From: the human T2T-CHM13v2.0 reference genome, Homo sapiens
Length of the DNA: 64,000 bases
Assembly: GCF_009914755.1 (NCBI RefSeq)
Contig: NC_060928.1
Reading direction: 5' to 3' (one strand)
Below are positions 29,428 through 46,780 of the stretch, one piece after another. A model generated the notes under the pieces. It made no database searches and was not told where the DNA came from. It worked only from the letters and a program-made list of their open reading frames with translations. The number at the start of each line of letters is the position of its first letter. Position 1 is the first letter of the stretch. Position numbers and translations under genes: made by a program.

Positions 29428-32378
29428 TGGTTTATTCTTTATATATTGCCTCTTTTGAGAGATATTCTAGTTAACTATGCAATGGATTTGCATTCTATTT
29501 GCTAGTTGTATTGGTTGTTTGCAATCCCACAGCATAGACGTTGATGGAACAGCAGGAAATTGGAGCTGGTGCTAAACTGCAGAATCTGTTAGAGCGGGGC
29601 CTTCTTTTACAGCTGGTCTCTTCACTAGTGAATATTTCTGAATTAGGAAGACTTTGCCTCCCTATGAAACCCTGTAACTGTGGAGACCTGGATAATAAAT
29701 ACCTAGATAGAGAATGAGAATCCCCATGTGTGGAATGCATTTCTTGGAATTAATCTTGTCCTTGGCTTTTATTTTATCACTTTTTTCCTTTTTGTTCAGA
29801 TTCCCTCTACTATTTTCTTTTTTTCTTTTTTTTTTCTTTTTTTGTATTTTTAAGGAGTTGCCTCAGATCTTTTCTAACAGGAGGCAGGGTATAAACCAAC
29901 AATGGACATAAATATTGACTACCCAACTTTTTAATTATCCCCAAACTTGTTTTTTCAGAATCGGCCACCTTGGGGTAGATGGGGTCTGTGAACTTTTCTT
30001 AAGGCACTGAGCGGAGTTGAGTGGCTGAAGATGCTTCAGTGAAGCTTGATGTTTATCCTACCCTTGTGGTCAGCTCCTTCCTCCCAGGGAGCTGTAAATC
30101 AAGAACTGTGGGTGTTTCTTGATTTTCCGGTGCTGCAGCTCATTTGGATGGTCCATAGGGTGTCACTGGGTAACTTCCTGCTCTGGGACCTCTCTCTGAA
30201 ATAGAAACTTCCCTCCAAAGGAGAGACTGTCTCCTATTTCATTTATAAATCAAGTTAACTCTGGTTCTTTGACTTTAAGAAAATAACCTATCTCCTCCTC
30301 TCAGCAAATTTCTTCCTCTTGGTCTCATGCATGCAGTTGCTAACACATGTATTCTTGTGGTGGAAACAGTAGAAAAGTATTAAACCTTTAAAATAAAACC
30401 ACAAAACCCTGCAATTCATGAAACAAACCTCTATGGAGTCTTTGCTCTTTGTAAGGGACTTTCCGTGTGTTTGTTCATGCAATCCTTACACCAACCCTAT
30501 GTGGTTAGTCTTATTGTTCCCATATTAGGTGTAGGAGATGGATGCTCGAAGAAGGTGCAAATTTCGCCCAAGATCACCTAGTATTGGAAGTGGGATTTAT
30601 ACCTATGTTGGTCTGACTGCAGAGCTGCCCATCTTTATACACCTCACCACTGTCTCACCTCTTTTCTTATGCTTCCCAGCCAGGTTATAAAACTTGGAAA
30701 AGAATAGCATACCTCCTATCTAGAAAATAACAAAAGAAAGTCATTCTGTAATTTCTAAATAATACTAAGTGTTACATATGTATTTTAATTTAAATAAAAC
30801 TATGGAATTTTCCCTGATGGTCATCTTAAGTGTGAGAAACACACATTTTCACTTGTCAGGGTGGTCTTATAGTAATGCAGAGCAAACAACATTATCTATA
30901 TTTTATAGATGAGAGACCCATCCAGGGTCCTGCAGATAAAAGGGCCAGAGTTGGGATTAGAGCACAGGATTCCTGACTCCTAACCCAGTTTACTTTCTTC
31001 TACTACAATATACCCCATTTACGACCCCAAATAGGAATGTTCAACAGTATAAATGTAATGATTTAGGATGAGATGAGAGGTAGATGGGAAGAACAGGAGG
31101 AATCACCTCTGTACCCTGTGGCACTCATTGCAACCCATGGAAATGTTTCTGTTTTAAAGTCCAGCATTTAGTTCTGGTTCCAAAACAATGCTGAGTAATT
31201 TCATAGAACCTGAGAACCAGAGAAGGATCCTGGGAGGAACTTTTTGTTTATTTGACTTTATTTCATTGCCCTCACTTTATGTTCTTTTCAAAACCAAGAA
31301 TGCCCACTGGGTTGTGAGTAATGACAATTTCCAGACAATAGAAAATAATGCCCAAACGGCTTTGTTTGAGAGATTCTTGACGTCTTTTGTTATCCACTTA
31401 CCTTTTTATCTCTACATTTTGCTCATTGCTTCCATACAATTATCGCACTTATAGAGAGCATATTTTTCCTCAAACCGCCAACTTCACAAAACAGCAAATG
31501 ATTTGTAGGTTATGTTGCATTAACTGTGAGTGACTGAAGTGCCCCTCAATCACATACCCCTGCCTTTATCTTCATCTAGGAATGAAAGTAGCCAGGAAAG
31601 GCAAAGAAATCATTCAAGAATTTAAACATAAAAAGTTGGCTAAATTCTGCTGTGGTAGACTTCTACCGGATGAGTTTAATGTTAATTAAAACTCCAAGTG
31701 GAGTTGTTTGTAAATGAATCATTCCCTGTTCAGTTTGATGTAGCAAGGTCAGCTTCCTGCTCCACCGGCAGTGCGTGCCAGCTCTTTTTCTCATGTGTAA
31801 GCTGTGAATGCTGTTAAGCCTGTAAACCACTATAATAGGTTCAGAGATTTTAGGATCCCTGAAAGAGAAGGATCAGAACACAGCAGTGTTGAGTGTCAGG
31901 TTTCTTGGGCACTTGAAGGATTAGGCAGGACAAGTGAAGTGTTACTTTAGGGACAAATGTCTGGGCGATTCTCAGGCAGCAGGCTGGAGAATGTGGGCTC
32001 TGAGGTTAGTCTTGAATTCTAATCCCAGCTCTATTGTTTTACTGACTGTGCAACATGGAGCAAGTCATTGCCTTCTTCTGAGCCTTGGTATTCTCATTTC
32101 TATAAAAATACAATTATAATAACCTTATTGTGTTGTTGTGACAATTTGATGCGATAAAGTTACTGGAACACACGAAGCCCTCAACATCTGGTTGCAATCA
32201 TGATGATAATTAATGTATCTATGCAATAAATAGTGGGCACTGCTATGTGCTCCATGCTGTTCTGGGCGTCGGGGATACAGCAGTAAACAAGACAGACACA
32301 AATCCCTGCCTTCGTGGGGCTGACATTCCAGTAGAGGACAGACAATAAGCAAGATACGTAAGTAAAAAATAGAGTTCA

Positions 32379-32714
<336 letters not shown>

Positions 32715-34117
32715 TTAAGTGTTAATGAGAAAATAACAATGCGGAGGAAGATAAGTAGTATTAGGGGAGGCTGAAATTTTAAAGCGGTAGCTAGGAAAGG
32801 CCCCCTCTGGAAGCCGAATTTGTGTAAGACCTGGAGGAGGTAAGGGAAAAAGTCAAATGGTTCCCTGGGGGAAAAGCATTCCAGGCTGAGGGAACAGCAA
32901 GTCTAAGGCCCCTGAAGGAAGACAGTGCCTGCCATGCTCCCTGTGCCGCTGGAAGGCCAGGGGCTGGTATTGAGTGATCCAGTGGAGAACACTAAGAAGT
33001 GAAGCAGCAGGGAGGTCAAATCCAGCACGGCAGGGCCTTTGGTACAGAGGGAGGACTGCGGTTTCTCTTCTAAGTGTGATGAGGAGGGTCACAGGGAGGG
33101 CACAAACCCTGGAGAAGCACAACACAGGACCAATCCCCATAACAGCAGCTCCACCCTTTCTCACTTAGACTGGGCTAGAGTGGTTAAGCATGAGGAAAAG
33201 AGATGGGCCTGGCTTTCTGTGCCTCAAAGCACCACGTCAAGCTGTGACATAGGCATCCACCACTCTTCCTTTGTGCCTACACCTGTATTTTTGAATGTAC
33301 TCTCATCACAGTGTATATCACCGTGCTGTTCTTCAAAGTCAGTTTCCCCAGTATTTGTTCAATAAATGTTTACCGATCACTCATTACGTGCAGGCACTAT
33401 GTTAGGTGCTAAATAGTACAGTGACATAAAAGGCTGTAAACAATTAAAAAATCAACGCCTCTTATGTCAGAAAAGTAACACTGTGTCATCAAAGCAAAAT
33501 CGACTTCTCCTATAGGTGTGGGTATATTTAGGATTTGAGAAGGGAAAAAGCGTGCTTAGCTTCCGGGCTCCAATGTGCGGATATACACCCTCTCCTTAGC
33601 TTGTTAGCTTAGGGATTTCCCACCCAGTTGCACACGGTGTGTTATCTGAAGTCATTTAACCTGTTGACAGTCGCATTCTTGGAATAAGTAAGTTCCATGC
33701 AGGTGAACTTGGACAAACAATGCCAGTAACCTTTTTAGCTGCTGAAGTAATTGGTCCAAAAGTTTAAAATAATAAGCTTCATTTTCCACTGAATCTTGTT
33801 GACAGAGAGTATCAGCAGGGCTTGGAGTTAGAAGAGTCTAAATCCCTGATGAATAGTTCAAAAAAATTACTGTTAAACTTTTTGTAAACAAGATTTTTTT
33901 AGTCATAATAATGTTTTTAAGATAAATTGTGTGGATAATTGGTACAAACTTACGATGTATGCATTTAGTTAGCCTCAGTACAATCAAATGTGTTGTTACC
34001 AGTGCATCAACAAATGCACCTCAATATCTTAATTTATCATTCATGATAATAAATGGAGACAACACCATAGATTAAGGTAATTCACAGCCTTGTTCTAGCC
34101 AATGGCTTCAACTTTCT

Positions 34118-34411
<294 letters not shown>

Positions 34412-35462
34412 AGTGGCTTCAACTTTCTTGGCAACCAAGTTTATTGTAGGAGTGGCCAACAAATATCACATCCACAGACACTGATGCTACCAAATAGAAA
34501 GGTCAGGAAAGGGCCAGCAGCAACAAAGAGGGAGGAGGGGAATGTGAGGGTCCTAAGGAATCCACAGGCTGATGGAGCATCCCTTAATCCAGTTAACTGA
34601 AATGAGTTAGACTAAGAGTCTACACTTGGCCCCCAGCTGGCTCAATTCAAGTCCTCCCTTGGACCTACTGGGACTCCACCTTTAGGAGTGGATCCTCTGG
34701 AGGAATCCCGGCACCAAGCAAACTTCCCAGGGCTCCTTTGACTTGCTGGAAATTGGCTGACCTCTGAGGGAGTGTTGTTTAAATGGATCAATTTAAGCAC
34801 AGAAAGAATCCAGCCTAATTTTTTGTGTGTGCGTTTTAATTTTTTTTTATCAGTATAGGCTCTCTGACATGTCCCAGTGAATGTGCATGTTTTTTAAGTA
34901 CAATGATATGAAATATATTAAAAGTATACTAGAATATAAACTCTGGGAAAGGAGAGAACACCGTGTTTCCTTTGTTGATATTTTCCCAGCCCTAGAATTA
35001 TGCCTGCCAATGATAGATGCTTAAAAAATACTTGTGAGATGAATGAAAGAATGAATGTGTTCACCAAGTTTCTGACCTCAAAGAGTTTAGGACCTAGAAG
35101 AGCAGATAGGGCATGGTCAGAAATACCTATGACAAAGGTAGTGACTGAGGCTTGTCTTAAGACAGAAACCATTAAGAGGAGAGGATGAAATAGATTCTGC
35201 CTGGGTTGATAAGGAGACATTTCATAATGGAGGAGTATTTGGAGGAAAAAAGGAGGAAAAGGAAACTAGAAATGTGGGATGGGCCTTCTACAAAAGATCA
35301 CTGTTGAAGAAAGCTTCTAAAAATCTTCTTTGGTAATAATTAAAACCCCAAGACAGCACAAATCCCTGAGAGACAGTATGGAGAGATGTGAGAATCAAAA
35401 CATGAAGTAGGGGCCCATGAAATGTTTGACAAATAAGTGCCATTTCAAAAACGTCATCCCAT

Positions 35463-35920
<458 letters not shown>

Positions 35921-36578
35921 CTAAAAGTGCAGTGCAAAACGAAGAGATTGTGAGGAACTCTGTAAATACAAAAGGTTAAAGAAATAGTTTATAAGAACAG
36001 TGAACAACAATGAAACTCTTTATGACAGTCTTCCCCATAATGTTTGCTTTCATATCAAATCAGTCATGAGGACATGATATAAACTATACAAATGAGCTTT
36101 CTTGACTTCCTTTTTTAATATAAGAAATTGATTGTTTCCTAGGTCTCATTTCGTTGAAATTGTTGGCAAATAATACTGAAGGGATGCAATTTCACAAACT
36201 GCAACATGAGCAAGACCGTATCTACAGTGTTCATCACTGTACTCGCAGCTTTTAGCACCATAGCTGACCACAGTAGTGGCTGTTCATAAATATTTATTGA
36301 ATGAACGAACCAATATTTTCTGAGTAGGTCCTGTGTGCAAAGCTCTGGAGAGGCATGCTGGGGGAGGAAAGGATGGAGTCATGATTTCTCATGAAGTCTC
36401 TTCAATAACTTCACAGTCCAAGGTGGGGAGGGGTGGGACTGTGAGTGGGGAACAGACATAGACATAAATAGCTTTGCTGAAATTCAGGGTGTGTAACCAC
36501 AGCAGCAAGTTCAAGCAGTATAAAAATAATAAACTATTAGATGTCACTTTACATTTATATATTATTTTGTCCACTTGA

Positions 36579-36908
<330 letters not shown>

Positions 36909-36971
36909 TAAATTTTTAATTGTTATTTATAAAATAAAAGCTATTTTATATATATTAAAATAGTATATATT

Positions 36972-37463
<492 letters not shown>

Positions 37464-37891
37464 ATTGCTTGGTCTATTTTATGTATCTTGAGACCTATTG
37501 AAGGTTTTTGAACATGTGGGCAATTCTGGAGAGTAATTACTAAAAAAAGAGAAAATATGGGTGAGGTTTTGTTTACTCAGGTTTTGTTTTTGTTTTCCCC
37601 TTTACTTCCCTTTCATTGTTATTGACGTCTATAAGTATCCATTGGCATGTGACCCAGATCGAGCCTTATTTTCCTGTTTCCAAAGCATATGATTAATTTC
37701 TAACGTACTACATTACTTACTTGTTTATTATGTTTATTGTTTGCTTCCCCTCCTCTGCCCATTAACTTAAGCATCAGAAGATCAAAAGGTTTTTGTCTAT
37801 TTTGTCCACTTTTATAGCCCAAGCACTTGGAAAAATTTCTGATGTAAAGCAGGTGTTGAATAACTTTGTTGACTGAATAATAGTGCAGGAC

Positions 37892-38543
<652 letters not shown>

Positions 38544-38547
38544 AGCG

Positions 38548-39095
38548 TATTTATTTTTTAAGAGCAATATTAGGTTCATAAAAAAAAGATGAATGGAAGG
38601 TGCAGATATTTCCCATGTATCTGCTGCCCACACATACACATAGCCTCCCCCACTATCAAAATCCTGCACCAGAGTGATACATTTATTACAACTGATGAAC
38701 CTACATGGACATCTCCTGTCACCCATAGTTTATAGTAGGTTCACTCTTGGTGCTGTACATTCTATGGGTTTTGACAAATGTACAAGGCATGTGTCCACCA
38801 CTACAATATCATATCGAATGGTTTCACTGCCCTAAAATATTCTGTGCCACCATATTCATCCTACCCTTCCCTTTAACCTCAGCCACTGCTGATCTTTTTA
38901 CTGCCTCCCTAGTTTTGCCTTTCCTACAATGTCATACACTTGAAATTGTGTGGTATGTAGCCTTTTCAGACTGGCTTCTTTCACTTAGAAATATGCATTT
39001 TAAGTTTCCTTCATGTTGTTTCATGGTTTGATAGCTCATTTCTTTTCAGTGCTGAATAATATTCCATTGTCTGAATGTACTACTTTATGTATCCA
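38548..39095 (-). mobile_element. L1MC/MB-type 3' region
   Basis: catttattacaactgatgaacctaca and gccttttcagactggcttctttcacttag...gctgaataatattccattgt. Confidence 0.8.
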
Positions 39096-39129
39096 ATGAA
39101 TTATAATTTTAGAACAAAAAGTAAGGTAA

Positions 39130-39465
<336 letters not shown>

Positions 39466-39491
39466 AGAGGAACTCAACTTCTAATGTAACC

Positions 39492-39992
39492 CGTCCCCAA
39501 CCCCCAGGCCACGGACCATTACAGTGGTCTGTTAGCAACCAGGCCGCACAGTAGGAGTGGATGAGTAAGTGAAGCTTCATTTGTATTTACAGCTGCTCCC
39601 CATTGCTCACATAACCACCCGAGCTCTGCCTCCTGTAAGATCAGTGGCAGCATTAGATTCTCACAGGAGCCCGAACCCTATTGTGAACTACACATGCGAG
39701 GGATCTAGGTAGCACACTCCTTATGAGAATCTAATGCCTGAAGATCTGTCACTATCTCTCATCGCCCCCAGTGGGACCATCTAGTTGCGGGAAACAAGCT
39801 CAGGGCTCCGCTGATTCTATGTTATGCTGAGTTGTATAATTATTTCATTATATGTTATAATGAAAAAATAATAAAGTGCACAATAAATGCAACGCACTTG
39901 AACCACGCCAAAACCATCCGCCCACACCCCATCCGTGGAAAAATTGTCTTCCACAAAACTGGTCCCTGGTGCCAAAAAGTTTGGGGACTGCT
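39492..39992 (+). mobile_element. MER1 (hAT-Charlie) DNA element
   Basis: gtccccaacccccaggccacggacc...ggtccctggtgccaaaaagtttggggactgct with TIR-like ends. Confidence 0.88.
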
Positions 39993-40354
39993 CTTCTAAA
40001 GGGATAAAACAGTTGCCCTGAGTGGACTTTTTGAAGATGTAAAGCAAGGGCTGGGGAGATGTCCTGAGCACCGTGGGATAATGGCCTTTGGATGGAAACT
40101 GAGTTCTGTCGTTCATTCAGCTGATGTTTAAGGGCGCCCTCCCTGGGCAGGCAGGGTGCTGGTTCTTGAGGGTGTGGACACCCAGAGCCAGTCCCTGCGC
40201 TCTCACAGTTTTCCCTCTGGCTGCAAGCGCTGGGGTGTGGCCCTAGCTGGTCCGTTGGGCTCTGCAGGAGTCTAAGCTGGGCTCGGGATAGCCGGACAGA
40301 CCCCAGGCCAGGGGAAAGCTCACTCGTGGCTGTCGCATCTCTCCCTCCAAGCAG

Positions 40355-40509
40355 GTCGAAGAAGGGGGCAAAGCAGACACCCTGAGCTCCAAACTGCAGG
40401 CTGGGGATGAGGTTGTGCACATCAATGAGGTGACTCTGAGCAGCTCCAGAAAGGAGGCAGTTTCCCTGGTGAAAGGATCCTACAAGACCCTCAGGCTGGT
40501 AGTGCGCAG
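40355..40509 (+). CDS. SHROOM3: SHROOM3 internal coding exon (exon 2), C-terminal part of the PDZ domain
   Basis: Acceptor ctctccctccaagcAG|GTC, donor CGCAG|gtaggt, branch-like CTCAC at 40319-40323. 155 nt, phase 0 to phase 2. Translates to [51 protein letters not shown](R), with the PDZ hallmark [11 protein letters not shown], matching recalled SHROOM3 residues ~57-108. Confidence 0.96.
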
Positions 40510-41884
40510 GTAGGTGGCAGACCCCCACCCTGTCCCTCCTACCACCTCACCCCACCTCTCTCCCTACCCTACCCCACCTCTGGGAAAAGAGCTCGGGGTT
40601 GGTAGCTTGGCTTTAAACCTCCATGTATGGATCCTGCCTTTTTTTCTTTTTTCTTTCCTATCTTGTGGGATGTGGGGAGGAAGTGGGGTGAAGACATTTC
40701 AGACACTGCTGTCTTTCAGAACACTCATTTCCCAGCAGGTACTGGTTTGTCAGGGATAGACCTCACTGGACTACCTAAATTTTGGGACCTGATGAAAAGT
40801 GACACTCATCCCAGATGCGGTCAGAGCTCTAATAAGCTTTTTGTCTGGTGGGACTAGAGAAAGAAATTGGCTTGGAGCTTTCAGTGGCATTTTGGGAACC
40901 ACACCTGCATCACAGGGTTCTTCAAAACAGGCAAATTCTCTCATTGGTTGTTTTGTTTTCTGGTCTCAATAGTGGTGATTCCTCTGTTGGGAAAGTGTTG
41001 GGTTGTGTTTGATTTTAATGCCTTAGCATCAGAAGCTTTGTACTCCCGGGAACCAACCCTTCGTGGAGGAAATTATTTATGGAAAGGGGATGGGAATTGA
41101 ATTATTTTTTTGATCTCTATTAGTAAGCACTGCTTGAGACATTTTACACATCTTAGCTCATTTAATCTGCACATGAACCCCATGAGATAGCTAATCACTA
41201 TCCCCATTTTACAGGCAAGAGATTAAATAGGTTACTGGAGGTAGCCAAGCTGATAAGTTGAAAAGCCAGAATAGAATCCAGATTGCCTGATTCTATTTCA
41301 TGCCACTTGAGCATCATTATCTTGACCTGCTAAGCGCTAGGCCCAAATATTTTGCATATTTGAATATTTCTTCCTTAGATTTCAGCTGCCTCACATAGCA
41401 GCTAATGTTACAGTATTTAAGAATGTTCTAGTTGGCTGAGACTTCAGGAGTCATCAATGAAGCCCCACCATTTTCAGGCTGTAGAAAGTAAGCTGGTCTT
41501 CCATCATGCCACAGATGGCCTCTTAAAGACCTGCATTAATTCATTTCTCAAATGTTTCCTAAGTGAGCCCATGCTCAGGGGAACAGCAGCTCCTCCCAGC
41601 CACAAAAAACACAGCGATGACTGTGGTCCCACTGTGTCTCCAGGCTCTAGTGACTCTCCCTAGTGTGCTGGGCTGTGTCTGGTCTGTCTACAGGGCCATC
41701 AACCAGCAATTGCTTCTCTGGTGGTCAGTGATGCAGAGTGGCTCAAAGCATAGGCACCGGATTCAGACAGACCCGGGTTCAAATTCCAGGGCTGTCACCT
41801 GTTAGCTGTGTGAGCTTGGCCAAATTACTTAACCTCACTGAAAATTCAATATCCTCATCTTTAAATGAGGATTTAAATATATGT

Positions 41885-41969
41885 ATTTATGCCAAAATAT
41901 GGCAACAATCTAAGTATCCATGGAGGGACAAACCAAAGAAAATGTGGTGTATATATGTATATGTTTATG

Positions 41970-42014
<45 letters not shown>

Positions 42015-42500
42015 AATATTATCCAGCCATAAAAAAAGAAGGAAATCTTGCCATTTGCAGCAATGTAGATGAACCTGGAGGACATTTTGTTAAGTGAAAG
42101 AAGCCAGTCACAGAACCGTAAAAACTGTATCTTCTCACTTATACATGGTGTATAAAAAAGTCAAACTCACAGAAACAGAGAGTAGAATGGTGTTTGCCAG
42201 GGACTGGGGCACAGGGGAAATGGGGAGATGTTGGTCAAGGGGTACAAACTTTTAGTTATAAGATGAATAAGTTCTGGGGACCTAAGGTAAAACATGGTGA
42301 CTACAGTTAGTAATACTGTATTGTTTACTTAAAATTTGCTATGAGAATAGATCTTAAGTGTCCTCACTATACACACACACAGGTAACTGTGTGTTGATTA
42401 ATTTGATTTTTGATTGTGGTAATCATGACACAGTGTGTACATATATCAAATCATCACATTGTACACTTTGAATATATGCAATTTTTGGCAATTATACTTG
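41885..42500 (+). mobile_element. L1MA/MB 3' end containing (CA)n, inserted in a MIR
   Basis: gatgaacctggaggacatt...ataagatgaataagttctgg...cacattgtacac. (CA)n at about 41973-42010. Confidence 0.88.
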
Positions 42501-45500
42501 GGCAATCCAACATACTTTACAAAGTGATTGGAAAGATTAGATGAAACACTCTGAGGTAACAAGAGATGCTGCTGCTATTATTTCTATTATTATTGGCCAA
42601 CTCTAGGCATAGGCTCATTCCTTGCAGATCCAGATTTCAGTAAAGTAAGCAGTCATCTCAAACATGGGGCTGATGTTTCAAACAGATGGGTAGACAAGCT
42701 CAGAACCATGGGGCCATTCCTTGTGTCCAGAGAGTGCTGAAGGTTTTGAACTCACCTTGGCATTGGAACCCAGGAGCCCAGTTTGGAAACACTGGGCATT
42801 GATCTGTTGGGTACTAATGGCAGAATCCACACTCCTGATGTGTTTCAACATGACTGTGGTGATAGATTGGCCTCTGGAAAGGGCTGCTCTGTTTCCTGCT
42901 ATGAAGAATAATCATGGTGGCTTCTGGTAGGCCTTCTAATAGATGGTGATATAAGATTTGAATTACTTCTTCTAGTAGAACCTTTGGAAACAGACAGATA
43001 TGGGGTTGAAATCTGGTCTGGTTATTTGCAAATTGTGTGACTTTGGGCTCTCTAAGCCCCAGTTTCCTCATTTGTGAAATGGAAATAATCATTCTTACCT
43101 TGAAAGGGCATTAGTGAAGTAAGTGTAAGTACACAGTGGATATGCAATATTTGATTATTATTATTCTGGATTAGGCTAGAGAGATGTGACACATGCTAAT
43201 ATGGAGAAGTATTGCCATAATACCATATATGCTGGTTCCCTGGTTATCTGGAGGCCCCCCCTTTCATTCTCTTAGTGAGTTTACAACCATTTAAGGGCTA
43301 GTACCCAGCTTACAGGTCCAGAATTGGTCATGACTGTCTCAGACCTTGTGGAATTTAGGAGTGTTAATTCACAGTATCCAAATCACAAGAAACTGAAGGA
43401 TATAAACCAGAATGCTACTACACTGACTCATTTTGGAAAAGACAACTATAAGTGAAAAGTATGCCATATGGACCAAAAACCAGTATATAGTACTTTATCC
43501 CTACAAGAAAACTAAATGGGAAGTCTAATTATGGTCAGGAGTTTGCATAGTGATTTCCAACTCCAAGTGAAGAGAATAGTTCTGTAGGCACCAGTATTTG
43601 CTAGGATCCACTCTGATGGCCAGATGGTCCATCTTCCTAATAGGGGCTTGGCTGCCAGGCGGCCAGAGATTCACATCCAGAAGCAAGGGCCCTTTCCCCT
43701 CTGGGCCCCAGGGAATCATGCTGCCAACGTTCTCCTCTCCATTTTCATTCTCGTCAACACCAAATCCTCTTCCTGATTGACACATTCTTTCTTTACGTAT
43801 GCTAATGCAATCGATAAGGTTACTGAGCAGTTCTTGCACTTTCTGCTTCTGGTGTGGGAAACATTTTGTCCCTAAGATGCCTTTTGAATATGTCTTATCT
43901 CATCTATTATGTGTTGATTTTTATAGTTGAACTTTCAAAGGAAAAGGAGGCTGCCTTTACATCTGACACATGCTTATAGATGGGGATTATCAACACGCCT
44001 CCAGAGACATGGATGGACATTCCTCCCCTACCTTGCAGAGATCCGGGTAGAAGCCTCTTTGCGCTGGATTAATCTGGCTTTGTATTTCGTAGTGCCGTCA
44101 CTTTCCTGAGAAGTCTTACCTTTATACCTTGGCACACGTCATCGTCCTGAGATTCTGTTTCCTTTGATTTATTGATGCCAGAGTGACTAAGGACATTTCA
44201 TTTATTAACTTTCTTTTTTTCTATGTGATCTCTATACTTTAAAAAAGACTGGGGTGTCTTCCTGGAAACATAATAGGAAGGAATGTCTGTTTCATGAATA
44301 AATCATTTGTGTAGTCAAAATGTATATTTTGGCAGCCATGTACCTGCCTCTTTTTCTCTTAAAGTTATTTTGGCTGGGCGAGGGCGGCACCTCATGTCAG
44401 GCTTTCACATCCATCATAAAAATGCCAAGAACACAGAGCAGGGTAATAGTGTTTATATAAGTTTTGGGATTGTCTTACCCAGTGACCAAAAACAATAAAA
44501 AGTAGAAACACCTTCTTAAAAGGCTACAGTGACAAGAAAAATGCAAAGCCTCAAGTAAGTTGTGGGTCAAAGACTTTCAAAGATCTGCTGACCCATAAAG
44601 AAGGCAGAGTTTAGCCCTCTCTGGGAGGAGGGCGTGAAGGAGGCGCTGTGGACGCTGCAACAACAGAGCATGTGTCTGCTGCTTGATACACGAAGAGTGA
44701 AGGTTAACAGCTAGTAGTGGATAAATGGAGAAGAAATGATAAAATAATAAGTGGGTCAGAGAAAAAACATTCCCAAAGGAAAATAAACAGCTCCCAGTTG
44801 CAGAAAACCCTTGTGGAATGCAAGGACAGTGCAAAGGATGTTAATTAGGAAAGCAGACATGGACACGAATGAGAATCATACTCCAAATCCTCCCTGAAAT
44901 CAACAGAGACTTTATCTGGTAGATACGTGTAAAATAGTTGTCCAGGGATCGAGTAACCTTTAAAATGGAAACTGACAAAGGAAAGGGTCTTCAGGTTTAA
45001 TTTATCATCCCTGAGGGTAATGGAAGTTGCGTTTAGTATAAGGAATGCTCACTGCTATTTGTAGATAATCTAAAACTTGAATTTAAAAAATAGGAAGCTA
45101 TATTTGACCTCCAGAACAGATTGCTGGGGTTAATTGCTGTGTATTCATATAAATACATATTTTTACCCTGAGTTCAGACTCAGACTCCTATCCTGAATTG
45201 GATTATCAGAATGGCCTTAGAATCAATGAATCCTTAATCCCAATTCTGATCTTTTCTCCATTTTCCTTGGCAAATCTAACCTTCCAACCTTCTGCATTAA
45301 GGTGCTATTTATTTTGTTTATTTACTTATTAATCCTTCATTAATCAAAAGAAAGCTGGAGGTGCTATTTTTGCCAAATACTATCCTACTCCTAAATTTGT
45401 TGTAAGTGAATTTTTTGTGTTTTTACTTGTAGTTGGCAAAGAAAAACTTGAGTATATTTCATTTCAAATATTTCGTACTTTTTTATAATGCTATGCAAGC

Positions 45501-46435
45501 CAGGCAAAAGTCAGAGAGGATACCTGAGATAGCGGTGTCCAGCACTACCAGATTTGAGACTGCCTGGGTTTGAAGTCTGATGGCATAGGCACTAGCTTTG
45601 TGACCTTGGGCAAGTAATTTAATCTGTCTGATTTTTGCCTCACAAAATTGTTGTGAGGATTAAATAAGAATCATGTGGGTATGGTATTTAGTACAGTTAT
45701 TAAATCATGAATCTACTGAAAACAAGTTGCATATTTGTTAAGTAAATTATCTCTTTGACAAGTTCCACCTTAATCTCTAGAACACAGCATATGAAGTCCT
45801 AGTTAATGGGAAGACTTTGGTGGGGAAATTATCTTTCTGGGCATCAAAGAGAGCAGAGGGTAGGGAAAATTGAGCCCCTTTTCAAAATGGAATCTTCCTC
45901 CCAAAGCTTTCCATCACCTCTGCAAGTTTGATGTAACCTTTCCCCTTCCCATCAATTTATTCTATGAGTTGATGTGTTGGAAGGAAACAATTCTTTTTTA
46001 TTTGGCTGAATATACGTGTTTAGTAGTACTAGTAGTAGTAGTATCAGTGGTAGATCACATTTTGCTGGGAAAAGAGAGATTGAGGAGAAAGCAGCATTGA
46101 AAAAGTAAAAAACAATAAACATCTGCCTAAAATATGTATATGCCAGGCTATATGACTTGCCCATGTAGAGGTGGCTAGCGTGAGAATCTAGGCTAGAGTG
46201 AGAATCTAGGTCTTAAGACTTTCAGCCCTTGAGTCTCTGCCTGGAGGTAGAAATGAGGGAAATGCATCCAAAAATAGGTAAGGACTTGTCCAAGGCCACA
46301 TACTAGTGGCCAAAATAAGAGTCTAGTTCTTCGAGGATGTAAGTCTTAGGGACTTTTGGCCCCTCAAGCAGTGAAATCATGAACTAGTGCTTTCTATTCC
46401 ACTGCCTCCTCCTTTTAGAAATATCTGTGATGCTA

Positions 46436-46780
<345 letters not shown>

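Noticed and set aside
39848-40528. 226-aa minus-strand ORF, the longest in the track
   Set aside because: It is the antisense shadow of the GC-rich exon 2 running into MER1. It has a non-ATG start and no recognisable domain.
46174-46210. 18-bp tandem duplication gctag(c/a)gtgagaatctag
   Set aside because: Ordinary slippage duplication with two units and no spacers, so not an array.
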